Assembly (NCBI GenBank): GCA_016840085.1
Contig: JAEOTA010000004.1
Coordinates: 15,809-79,808 of the forward strand
DNA: 64,000 bases
From: Promethearchaeota archaeon
GTDB lineage: Archaea > Asgardarchaeota > Lokiarchaeia > Sigyniarchaeales > SOKP01
Direction: 5' to 3'
Shown here: positions 37,849-46,667 of the stretch, piece by piece
How positions within the stretch are numbered: the stretch's first letter is position 1
Layout: each line of letters opens with the position of its first letter
Position numbers and translations under genes: made by a program
The notes under the pieces: model-generated
The model's database searches: none
What the model was told of the DNA's origin: nothing
Seen by the model: only the letters and a program-made list of their open reading frames with translations

Positions 37849-40248
37849 TTGATATATCTAATATTTGTTTTTGGTGTTTTTTCAATAGTTAAATTTGATG
37901 AATCGAAACCTACTTACAATTATAGCATTTTTGGTGAAAACTTTACAATTAAATCAAGTTCTTCTAAGTATACTAATGCTACGGTAATTTCGGATGACTA
38001 TACTAATTGGAATAATGATAATAGCTATGATCCTTCAATTGCTGTAGATGATGGTGGAAACCTTCATGTGGTGTGGCATGATCATACTAATGGTCCATGG
38101 GGTTCTGATACTGAGATAATGTATGTGAATTATTCTTCTTCAGCCGGATGGTCTAATGCTATTGTAATTTCGGATAACGGTACTAATTGGAATAATGGAA
38201 TTAGTGAAAATCCCTCAATTGCTGTAGATGATGGTGGAAACATTCATGTGGTGTGGCATGATCATACTGATGGTCCATGGGGGACTGATATTGAGATAAT
38301 GTATGTGAATCATTCTTCCTCAGCCGGATGGTCTAATGCTATTGTAATTTCGGATGATGGTACTAATTGGAATAATGATAATAGTAGGAACCCTTCAATT
38401 GCTTTAGATAGTGATGGAAACATTCATGTGGCATGGCATGATCTTACTGATGGTCCATGGGGAACTGATACTGAGATAATGTATGTGAATCATTCTTCCT
38501 CAGCCGGATGGTCTAATGCTACAGTAATTTCGGATGATGGCACTAATTGGAATAATGATGAGAGTATATCGCCTTCAATTGCCATAGATAATGGTGGAAA
38601 CATTCATGTGGTGTGGCATGATCTTACTGATGGTCCATGGGGAACTGATGGTGAGATAATGTATGTGAATCATTCTTCCTCAGCCGGATGGTCTAATGCT
38701 ATTGTAATTTCGGATGATGGTACTAATTGGAATAATGGTGATAGTAGGAACCCTTCAATTGCTGTAGATAATGGTGGAAACGTTCATGTGGTGTGGCATG
38801 ATTTTACTGATGGTTCATGGGGTACTGATATTGAGATAATGTATGTGAATCATTCTTCTTCAGCCGGATGGTCTAATGTTATTGTAATATCGGATGACGG
38901 TACTACTTGGAATGATGGGGCGAGTTATGAGCCTTCAATTACTGTAGATAATGGTGGAAACATCCATGTGGTATGGTATGATTCTACTTATGGTCCATGG
39001 ACAAGTGGTGCGGATACTGAAATAATGTATGTGAAATATTCTTCATTAGCTGGATGGTCTAATGCTACAGTGATTTCGGATGGATCTGGGGGTATCTATT
39101 GGAATGATGATGACAGTGAGTACCCTTCTATTGCTGTAGATAATGGTGGAAACGCTCATGTGGTGTGGCATGATTTTACTGATGGTCCATGGGGAACTGA
39201 TAGTGAGATAATGTATACATTCATCGGTGATATAGTACCAGTTATTATAATAAATTCTCCTACTCCAAATGAATATATTGGAAGTGTTGCTCCACACTTC
39301 AATATTTCCATTGTTGGACTGTTTTTAAACACTACATGGTATACTTTAGATGACGGAAAAACCAATATAACATTCAGCGGATTAACTGGAACAATCAATC
39401 AAACAGAATGGGCCAAGAAAGGAAATGGTACAGTGACTATTAGATTCTATGCGAATAATACCGCAGGTAAAGAGGGATATGATGAAGTAACTGTCTACAA
39501 AGATACCATTGCGCCAATTTCATCAATATCCTACATTGTCCATAAAGAACCAAATATGGTGAATATATCAACAACTTTTACATTAACTGCCGATAATGCG
39601 AGTGGATCTGGGGTTTCTGTGATTAGATATAAAATTAATGATTCCGGCTGGTTAGATTATAATTCCCCCTTTGACTTAGATTTATATGCGTATGGTGATC
39701 TTCTTATCTCGTATCAAGCAATCGATGAAGTTGGTAATATTGAAACAGTAAACACAGAACTGGTGGAATTGATGGGACCTCCTTCTGAACCATGTGAACT
39801 TGTTAAACTTTTGCAAGTGGAGATAACTGAAAATTCTTATTCGACTGAACACTTCAATTTCACGTTCTTAGTATTTAACGAGCTTGGACAAGCGATTGAT
39901 TTCGCAACAATTCAGATCTGGTGGAATGGAAATGATGTTTCTGATGATGTTGTTAATCTCGGAAATGGACTATATTTTGTATCTTTAGAACCCAAAACAG
40001 TAGCACCTGGAGAAGATCCAATCCTACTTAAAATGATAATCTCTGCTTCTGGATATGAAGATAAACTGTTTGAAACGTATCTTGCTGTTGATCCTGAAAC
40101 TTTAGAAAAAGAAGTAGGAAAAGGAGCTGAAGGAGTTCCTCTCGTAACAATCATTATCGCAATTATATCAACTGTAAGTGGAATATCAGTAGCCGCAGCA
40201 GCAGTAGTCCTATTGCGTAAAAGGAAACGAGCTAGTGAAGTTATATAA
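37849..40248 (+). CDS. surface protein: seven BNR/Asp-box-like propeller repeats, Ig-like modules and a C-terminal membrane anchor
   Basis: Seven copies of ~60 aa (SIAVDNGGNIHVVWHDxTDGPWGTDxEIMYVNHSSSAGWSNAxVISDDGTNWNN; SDDGTNW fits the Asp-box SxDxGxxW). C-terminal hydrophobic helix followed by RKRKR. Confidence 0.75.
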   Translation: MIYLIFVFGVFSIVKFDESKPTYNYSIFGENFTIKSSSSKYTNATVISDDYTNWNNDNSYDPSIAVDDGGNLHVVWHDHTNGPWGSDTEIMYVNYSSSAGWSNAIVISDNGTNWNNGISENPSIAVDDGGNIHVVWHDHTDGPWGTDIEIMYVNHSSSAGWSNAIVISDDGTNWNNDNSRNPSIALDSDGNIHVAWHDLTDGPWGTDTEIMYVNHSSSAGWSNATVISDDGTNWNNDESISPSIAIDNGGNIHVVWHDLTDGPWGTDGEIMYVNHSSSAGWSNAIVISDDGTNWNNGDSRNPSIAVDNGGNVHVVWHDFTDGSWGTDIEIMYVNHSSSAGWSNVIVISDDGTTWNDGASYEPSITVDNGGNIHVVWYDSTYGPWTSGADTEIMYVKYSSLAGWSNATVISDGSGGIYWNDDDSEYPSIAVDNGGNAHVVWHDFTDGPWGTDSEIMYTFIGDIVPVIIINSPTPNEYIGSVAPHFNISIVGLFLNTTWYTLDDGKTNITFSGLTGTINQTEWAKKGNGTVTIRFYANNTAGKEGYDEVTVYKDTIAPISSISYIVHKEPNMVNISTTFTLTADNASGSGVSVIRYKINDSGWLDYNSPFDLDLYAYGDLLISYQAIDEVGNIETVNTELVELMGPPSEPCELVKLLQVEITENSYSTEHFNFTFLVFNELGQAIDFATIQIWWNGNDVSDDVVNLGNGLYFVSLEPKTVAPGEDPILLKMIISASGYEDKLFETYLAVDPETLEKEVGKGAEGVPLVTIIIAIISTVSGISVAAAAVVLLRKRKRASEVI
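37969..39230 (+). repeat. tandem 180-bp coding repeat, seven units
   Basis: The GCTGTAGAT(G/A)ATGGTGGAAAC-type anchor recurs at 38041, 38221, 38401, 38581, 38761, 38941 and 39133. Units are highly similar at the DNA level. Confidence 0.9.
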
Positions 40249-40525
40249 TTTCTATTACTAATTTTTCTTTTTTAATTACTTTTTCTTCCCACGATCTTTT
40301 GTATTGCATAGTTATTGTAGCCTTCCCGCGCGTAAGAGATAAAAAACTGAAATGTTCTGTGCCGCCTCCACCCAGTTTTGGACTTAATGGCATATAGGAT
40401 TTTTCCTTAAGCTCTACAAAACTAGTATCAAAATCTGCATCCCAACGATAACCTGTACTCGGATTGGAACCTAAAGAAACCTTAAAAACATCTCCAAGCT
40501 TTACTTTAATTATCTTTTGATTCAT
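40241..40525 (-). CDS. chagasin-family (I42) cysteine peptidase inhibitor
   Basis: SNPSTGYRWD, GGGGTEHFSF and QYKRSWE match the three chagasin loop motifs (NPTTGYxW, GxGG, RPW-like). Confidence 0.8.
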   Translation of the reverse strand: MNQKIIKVKLGDVFKVSLGSNPSTGYRWDADFDTSFVELKEKSYMPLSPKLGGGGTEHFSFLSLTRGKATITMQYKRSWEEKVIKKEKLVIEII

Positions 40526-40646
40526 ACTTAATTTCTATATAAAAATTATCAAATTTTAATTTGAAGACTAAAAAAATTTTTATGAGAATCTATACTTTAT
40601 TCCAAAATTCGATTAACTAAAAAGACAGATATAATAGTAGAATCCT

Positions 40647-41327
40647 ATGAAATATAAGGCTATTATTTTTGATCTATTCGGTACTCTTGTCGATAATTAT
40701 TCAGTTCAGGGATACAACAGATTATTAACAGATATGGCTTCAGCTCTCGAATTACCTGGTAAAGATTTTTCAAAACTTTGGCGTGATACAACTTATGAGC
40801 GCGGAATTGGGACTTTTAAAACCACCGAAGAAAGTATAAGATATATTTGTAATATACTTGAAGTATCTGTAAGTGATGAAAAAATGAGGAAATGTGAACA
40901 GATCAGAATAGAAAGCATCCGCAAAGCTTTAACTCCTAAAAATGGAGCTATTGAAATTTTAAAAGGTCTAAGGGGATTAGGATATAAGATTGGATTAATA
41001 ACTAATTGCTCTGCTGATGTACCTCTTTTTTGGAAAAATACAGAATTCTCTCATTTCTTTGATGTTACAATATTCTCCGCTTCAGTAGGTTTGAAAAAAC
41101 CGGACTCTCAAATATATAATTTAGCATGTGAACAATTAGGAGTCGAACCAGACACATGCCTTTACATTGGAGATGGTGATAGCAATGAACTCTCGGGAGC
41201 TTCTCAGTTTGGTATGGATGCTGTTATGATCCGTGATCCAAATGAGATAGATCCCTATCATTTAGTTGAGATAAATTGGAATGGTCGAATAATTGAATCT
41301 TTCATGGAGATAATGGATCTGATTTAA
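40647..41327 (+). CDS. HAD-superfamily hydrolase
   Basis: Motif I IIFDLFGTLVD, motif II ITNCS, motif III K, motif IV GDGDSNEL. Confidence 0.85.
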   Translation: MKYKAIIFDLFGTLVDNYSVQGYNRLLTDMASALELPGKDFSKLWRDTTYERGIGTFKTTEESIRYICNILEVSVSDEKMRKCEQIRIESIRKALTPKNGAIEILKGLRGLGYKIGLITNCSADVPLFWKNTEFSHFFDVTIFSASVGLKKPDSQIYNLACEQLGVEPDTCLYIGDGDSNELSGASQFGMDAVMIRDPNEIDPYHLVEINWNGRIIESFMEIMDLI

Positions 41328-41423
41328 AGACTAAAAATATTTTTATGAGATTCTATACTTTATTTTTTATCTTATTCGGGATTAAATTTAATTTTTAATT
41401 ACGAATTAAGATTAATCATCTCA

Positions 41424-41617
41424 GCCAAGGTGGCGTAGCCCGGTATGCATTGGAGCTTTTCCACTGATGGGTAAGAACGCACCAGATCCATCGGATTTAC
41501 CGAGAAAGGTGATACTGAAGATCTGGGTATCGAGAACTCTGGTTGTTTCAACCATTTTCGATAAGGTTCAAAGAAAAAGCCCAATTTTGAGTTTTTTTGG
41601 GACTCCCTCCCTTGGCA
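41424..41617 (+). tRNA. tRNA-Phe(GAA) interrupted by four introns (best model)
   Basis: Exons are 41424-41449, 41482-41486, 41515-41534, 41565-41572 and 41604-41617. They assemble into GCCAAGG TG GCGT AGCCCGGT ATGC A CCAGA CTGAAGA TCTGG GTATC GAGGG TTCAAAT CCCTC CCTTGGC A. This is 73 nt with all stems paired, U8/A14/G18G19, a CUGAAGA anticodon loop and A73. T-runs follow. Confidence 0.8.
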
Positions 41618-41619
41618 AG

Positions 41620-41637
41620 TTTTTTTCTCTTTTTTTA
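41620..41637 (+). terminator. oligo-T termination tract after tRNA-Phe
   Basis: TTTTTTTCTCTTTTTTT lies immediately 3' of the discriminator region. Confidence 0.5.
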
Positions 41638-41816
41638 ATAAAGTATGTAAAAATAAATGTCATCATAAAAGAAAAAAAGGATATCCTAATCGAAGATTAG
41701 TATCTTATTGATTTTAATTGTATAATTTTGGTCCTCATACATTATATTTACGAAGATATTAAATTATTAAAAACACTTAGAATGTTGTTCTAATAAATTT
41801 TTTAAGTGAATATTCA

Positions 41817-44800
41817 ATGAAATCCAAATTAAAACAAATAATAGCTTTAATAGCTATAATATTGCTTATAACTTTTTCTTCAACAATTTATATAAATTTA
41901 TATGCTTATATCGATAACACCAATAATAAATCGTCTACAAATCCAGATGAGAATATGTCCACATTAAGCAGTAGTTCAAAAAGTCTCATCTATCATGAAG
42001 ATTTTAACGATACGTCGAGTTTTTGGGATCTGTATGATGTACCAAAGAGAACAATGGCTTTATCTTACCTTCCGAGTGATGATGCCTATACAAGTTCAGC
42101 AGATCCTTATGAGTATTACGGATCACAATCTCAATGTAAAGTAACTAATGAACCAGAATGGACTTTTTCTGGAGAATCATGGTTCATAGGTTCTCATTGG
42201 ACATTTCCTCTCGATATTTTCTGGGATGGAAGTAATTGGTGGTTGCTAGATATTAATTATCGCATAGTAAAAAAATATTCTTCTTCATGGGGTTATACTG
42301 GGGTACATTATGATCTTAGTCCTCAAAATGATGCACCAGCAGATATTTTTTGGGATGGAGCTAATTGGTGGATGCTTTCATTCGATAATATTGTTTATAA
42401 GTATGATGCTTCTTGGGGTTATACTGGGATTTCTCATGATCTCAGTTCTGAAGAAGATAATGCCCAAACTTTCTTTTGGGACGGGAATAATTGGTGGACA
42501 GCAGGAGGCGGTAATCAAAGAATTTATAAATATGATTCTTCTTGGAGCTATACAGGAATTTCTTATGATATTAGCATCTTAGGTATAATACCCCAAGATA
42601 TTTTTTGGTGGGATGGAGGTTATTGGTGGGTACTTGATAGTTCTATTTCCTATATATACTTGTTCGATTCTGATTGGGTCTATACTGCGATTTCTCATGA
42701 TCTCAGCTCTCAAGATAATCACCCATTAAGTATATTTTGGGAAGGAACTAATTGGTGGATGGTTGGATCTAATGATATTATGGTCTATAAATACGATTAT
42801 ACACCATGGGACAATCATGAATGGATTTACACGGGAATTTCTTATGATTTTAATCCTATTTTTTATGAACCAATCGATGTTTTTTGGGGGTATGGGGATT
42901 GGTGGATACTTGGACTCGATAGCCAAAGTTATAACTGGAGAGCGTATAAATATTCTTCTTCATGGGAATTTACAGGAGATCAAATCAATCTTACTCCTAT
43001 AGTTGAAGAGCCAATTGACTTTTTTTTTCATGATAGTGCTGTGATATATGTGATTGGATATAATAATTCACCCACTCCTGCAATTACCAGATTTTCATCC
43101 GACTGGGACGTATTTGATATTTCTTTTGAACTTTACGAAGATGGAGACCCAGAAAGTATATGTTGGGATGGAACTCATTGGTGGATGTTAGGAAGTGAGA
43201 ATGATAGGGTTTATCAATATGAAGATCATTTTGATTATTGGATGTATACTGAAGTTACATATGACATAGGCACTCAAAATAGCAATCCAAGAGATATATT
43301 CTGGGATGGAACTAATTGGTGGATGTTAGGAGGCAATGGAAAAATTTATAAATATACATCTTCTTGGGATTATACTGGAATCTCTTTTCCTCTTAGTTCT
43401 CAAGATAGTGATCCAACAAGTATATGTTGGGATAATTGGTATAATCATTGGTGGATGCTTGGTGCTGATCAAGGTATGATGTTTAAATATTTGGAACCAA
43501 GGGGGGAAGAGTATAGTTTTATTAAAAAGGAATTTCCCTATCTCTATACGAATTATACACAAAATTCCAACTTACGATGTTACGTGAATGATGGTGTTTT
43601 TCCTTCAACTATTTACTCTTTTTCTACCTCAAATTTTAACGAAGCATCTATCATTTGGGATAATCAACCATCAGAAGTAGATTCTTTAGCAAGTTCAGTG
43701 GTTACAGGAACTGGTTGGGCTACAATAAATCTAAGCCACCCCTTTTATTATTATCTACTTAAATGTGATTCAAATTCTATAGAGTTTAGTTCTTCAGAAG
43801 CCTCCAGTAATCATCCCACGATAAATTACTATCTCAGCAAACATTACCAAGGAGGAGGAATATTGTATTGTCAGACAAATGAATCGGAGGTCTTAACTTT
43901 AAGAAGTCCAAATAGTTATAATTTTAATTTAAAAAAAGGAGATAGTATAGAAATTACATTTAACACGACTTCTTCAAATAAAATAGATTTTAATCTGAGA
44001 TACACAGGAATAGAACAAAAGAGTTTTACGTTTTCAGAAATGGGAAATATAGATTTTACTACTCGAACAGTTGAGTTAATACTTGATGAAGATATGACTA
44101 TTGATCAATTTGAAATTAGTGGATTGTTTGATGTGACAAAGAACTTGATTATCGATGAAATCAGAATATATACTCCTTCAATTTATATTGTCACTCCAGA
44201 AAATAAGACTTATACTGGACCGATAGATGGATATTATCCTGCTACTTATTCGTTTGATGAGGGTGCTCTAGGTGAAGACCCGATTAATTGGATAGTAGAT
44301 GAGACAGGCGGAACTTGCAATGTTATAGGGGACATCGCTGGTCATAAGAGTGTAATTGAGCTTAATGATAAATCAGATCCTAATCAAGTTAGAGTAAGTA
44401 ATTATTTCAATCCTCAGATTTCAGGAATCCTTGAATTTTGGTGGATGACCAATAATGTAACAAAAAATTCTTACTTCAGGTTAAATCAGGATAATATTAT
44501 TGGAGTGAATTTGAGAATCTCTGATGGTTATTTCGGTTATTATGATTCAAGTCTGCATCAAATAAAAATAATTGAAAACAATAAATGGTATCATCATCAA
44601 GTTATATTTAACGCTTCAAAAGACAAGTATGATTGGTACATTGATGGGATCCTTGAAGTAAATGACGCTAATTTTGATAATCCAATAAATCTTCCAAATA
44701 GACTCTTATTTGAATCACATACTACTATGAATGATTATTGTACTTATTATGATGCGATTGGGTATTCATGGGACCCTAATTACAATATTGGCGATAATTT

Positions 44801-45941
44801 AATCGAGGGATTATTACTTAATTTTAAAAATTTAACTGCTTTAGAATGGATGGGATATTCATTGGACGGACAAGCCAATAAGACAATTTTAGGAAATGTT
44901 ACCATTCCCTTACCCCACGATGGAATCCATACACTTCAGGTATTCGGGAATGATTCGATAGGAAATATACATGAATCAATAATAAGATATTTCACGGTTG
45001 ATATTAATCCTCCTAAGATATTCATTAATCTCCCATATGAGAATGCTTTAATCAGTAGTAAATCTCCTAATTTTAACTTATCTATAGAGGGACTATACAT
45101 TAATACAACATGGTATACATTAGATAATGGCATCACAAATATTCCATTTAAAGGGTTAGCAGGACCAATCAACCAAACAGAGTGGAGTAAAAGACCAGAT
45201 GGCCCTGTTACTATTAAATTTTATGCAAATAATACATATGGGAAAGAAAACTCTTCAGAGGTTATAGTTAATAAAGATACAAGTATCCCAATAGTTACTA
45301 TTATTTCACCAGAAATCGATGAATTCTTTGGGAGCGCTCCACCTACTTTTAATCTTTCAATTACAGAATTGAATCTAAACAAGACATGGTATACAATAGA
45401 TAACGGAATTACTAACATCACTTTTAGTGGATTAACGGGAACTATTAATCAAGATGAATGGGATGGTAAAGTAGATGGACCAGTTACAATAAAATTCTAT
45501 GCTAATGATTCTTTTGGATTTAAAGGATATGCAGAAAGAATTATTTATAAGGATACTACTAAACCAACTTCGCTAATATCTTTTATACCTCATAGCGAAA
45601 CAATAAAAGTGAATAAATCAACGCTTTTTACAATAACAGTTGATGATGGATTAGGATCAGGGATTTCTTTAATTAGATATAAAATTAATGATTCTGCTTG
45701 GATAGATTATAGTGATCCCTTTGACTTATCTAACTATGAACCTGGTTATTATCTTATCACGTATTATTCTATTGATGTGGTAGGTAATATTGAAGCAGAA
45801 AATACAATTCTAGTAAAATTGGTGGGACTGCCTTCAAAAGAAGCGCCAGGAGGTATTCCAGGATATAACATTTATATCTTAATAAGTGTTTTTGGAGTTT
45901 CAATAATTCTACTTATAAAGCGTTATAGAAATTTTAAATAA
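41817..45941 (+). CDS. giant surface protein: signal peptide, about ten FWDGxNWW repeats, ConA/LamG-like domain, three Ig-like modules and a C-terminal anchor
   Basis: N-terminal MKSKLKQIIALIAIILLITF. Repeats are DIFWDG(S/A/T)NWWML..YKY.SSW.YTG.S.DLS. The LamG-like segment is WYHHQVIFNASKDKYDWYIDG. The C-terminus is PGYNIYILISVFGVSIILLIKRYRNFK. Confidence 0.75.
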   Translation: MKSKLKQIIALIAIILLITFSSTIYINLYAYIDNTNNKSSTNPDENMSTLSSSSKSLIYHEDFNDTSSFWDLYDVPKRTMALSYLPSDDAYTSSADPYEYYGSQSQCKVTNEPEWTFSGESWFIGSHWTFPLDIFWDGSNWWLLDINYRIVKKYSSSWGYTGVHYDLSPQNDAPADIFWDGANWWMLSFDNIVYKYDASWGYTGISHDLSSEEDNAQTFFWDGNNWWTAGGGNQRIYKYDSSWSYTGISYDISILGIIPQDIFWWDGGYWWVLDSSISYIYLFDSDWVYTAISHDLSSQDNHPLSIFWEGTNWWMVGSNDIMVYKYDYTPWDNHEWIYTGISYDFNPIFYEPIDVFWGYGDWWILGLDSQSYNWRAYKYSSSWEFTGDQINLTPIVEEPIDFFFHDSAVIYVIGYNNSPTPAITRFSSDWDVFDISFELYEDGDPESICWDGTHWWMLGSENDRVYQYEDHFDYWMYTEVTYDIGTQNSNPRDIFWDGTNWWMLGGNGKIYKYTSSWDYTGISFPLSSQDSDPTSICWDNWYNHWWMLGADQGMMFKYLEPRGEEYSFIKKEFPYLYTNYTQNSNLRCYVNDGVFPSTIYSFSTSNFNEASIIWDNQPSEVDSLASSVVTGTGWATINLSHPFYYYLLKCDSNSIEFSSSEASSNHPTINYYLSKHYQGGGILYCQTNESEVLTLRSPNSYNFNLKKGDSIEITFNTTSSNKIDFNLRYTGIEQKSFTFSEMGNIDFTTRTVELILDEDMTIDQFEISGLFDVTKNLIIDEIRIYTPSIYIVTPENKTYTGPIDGYYPATYSFDEGALGEDPINWIVDETGGTCNVIGDIAGHKSVIELNDKSDPNQVRVSNYFNPQISGILEFWWMTNNVTKNSYFRLNQDNIIGVNLRISDGYFGYYDSSLHQIKIIENNKWYHHQVIFNASKDKYDWYIDGILEVNDANFDNPINLPNRLLFESHTTMNDYCTYYDAIGYSWDPNYNIGDNLIEGLLLNFKNLTALEWMGYSLDGQANKTILGNVTIPLPHDGIHTLQVFGNDSIGNIHESIIRYFTVDINPPKIFINLPYENALISSKSPNFNLSIEGLYINTTWYTLDNGITNIPFKGLAGPINQTEWSKRPDGPVTIKFYANNTYGKENSSEVIVNKDTSIPIVTIISPEIDEFFGSAPPTFNLSITELNLNKTWYTIDNGITNITFSGLTGTINQDEWDGKVDGPVTIKFYANDSFGFKGYAERIIYKDTTKPTSLISFIPHSETIKVNKSTLFTITVDDGLGSGISLIRYKINDSAWIDYSDPFDLSNYEPGYYLITYYSIDVVGNIEAENTILVKLVGLPSKEAPGGIPGYNIYILISVFGVSIILLIKRYRNFK

Positions 45942-45967
45942 TTACTACTTTTTTTTATATTTAACAT

Positions 45968-46561
45968 TTATAAGCTCTCTGAATTGTATCCCTTTTCCTT
46001 TCTTCTTGGATCTCTTATTATGAACTCGCGAAATACTTCGTTGTCATCATCAATAAACTCCCAAAACTCATTATATATATCTTGAAGGGTCATTTTCTTA
46101 TTTTTTGAATTATTTTCTTTGCTTTGGTGTTGATTTTCTTGTTCTGATTTATTATATACTCTATAACTATTTTGCTGATTATTGATATTAGAATTTGCTT
46201 GTCGAGGTCTATATTCAAGATAATTACCTTCTAAAATTAAATTTTCGAATAGGTCTTTATCACTATTTTTGAAATTCTCGGAGTTAAGTTCGTTTCTTCT
46301 TGTTGTTGAATTCTCAAATTCGAAGTCTACTCGTTGATAGCCACGAACTGCGCAATTTTTATCAACAAATGCTTGAAATTGATGTTCACATACTAAACCT
46401 TTGGCAATTGACATTGTAGTTAGACCTTTTGCTTGAGTAATAACTGATCTTGGAAAATGTAGTATTTTCTCAGCTTTACAAACTGGACAGATGAACCTAA
46501 TTTGAGTAGAATCATTCAAAGAAGTTGTATCTGCATTTTGAGTAGGTTTAGTAATAGCCAT
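45968..46561 (-). CDS. hypothetical protein with an N-terminal Zn-ribbon-like CPVC...C motif and a low-complexity N/Q-rich tail
   Basis: FICPVCKAEKILHFP...GLVCEHQFQAF. No family recognised. Confidence 0.4.
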   Translation of the reverse strand: MAITKPTQNADTTSLNDSTQIRFICPVCKAEKILHFPRSVITQAKGLTTMSIAKGLVCEHQFQAFVDKNCAVRGYQRVDFEFENSTTRRNELNSENFKNSDKDLFENLILEGNYLEYRPRQANSNINNQQNSYRVYNKSEQENQHQSKENNSKNKKMTLQDIYNEFWEFIDDDNEVFREFIIRDPRRKEKGYNSESL

Positions 46562-46667
46562 AATGACACCTTCTTTTAGTATTCAGAAATTACAAATAAA
46601 AACCCCTTTATAAATATGAAGAGACTGAAATGATAAGTAAAACGCTGATCGGGAGAAAATTTAGAAA

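Noticed and set aside
41450-41514. Alternative single-intron model for tRNA-Phe, using TTGGA directly after position 26 as the anticodon stem
   Set aside because: TTGGA/TCTGG would give three consecutive G-U pairs. The internal CCAGA gives a perfect stem identical to classical tRNA-Phe, so the two-intron solution for this region is preferred.
41399-41700. Track ORFs 41399..41584 (-) and 41467..41700 (+)
   Set aside because: Both lie across the GC-rich multi-intron tRNA-Phe gene. They have no protein-like features and are explained by the local absence of AT-rich stop codons.
42310-43562. Several 66-90-aa ORFs in other frames or on the other strand inside the giant surface gene, plus similar ORFs inside the BNR gene (39046-40154) and cobN
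   Set aside because: They are nested within long, well-supported CDSs, and the repeat structure propagates open frames. The same applies to the other short antisense ORFs in the track (for example 2580, 5068, 7520, 9020, 9680, 12970, 15866, 19000, 19711, 20379, 20751, 22486, 25181, 27329, 30457, 31444, 31759, 32911, 35834, 46630, 46990, 48027, 48552, 50175, 50402, 51565, 58087, 59119 and 60063).
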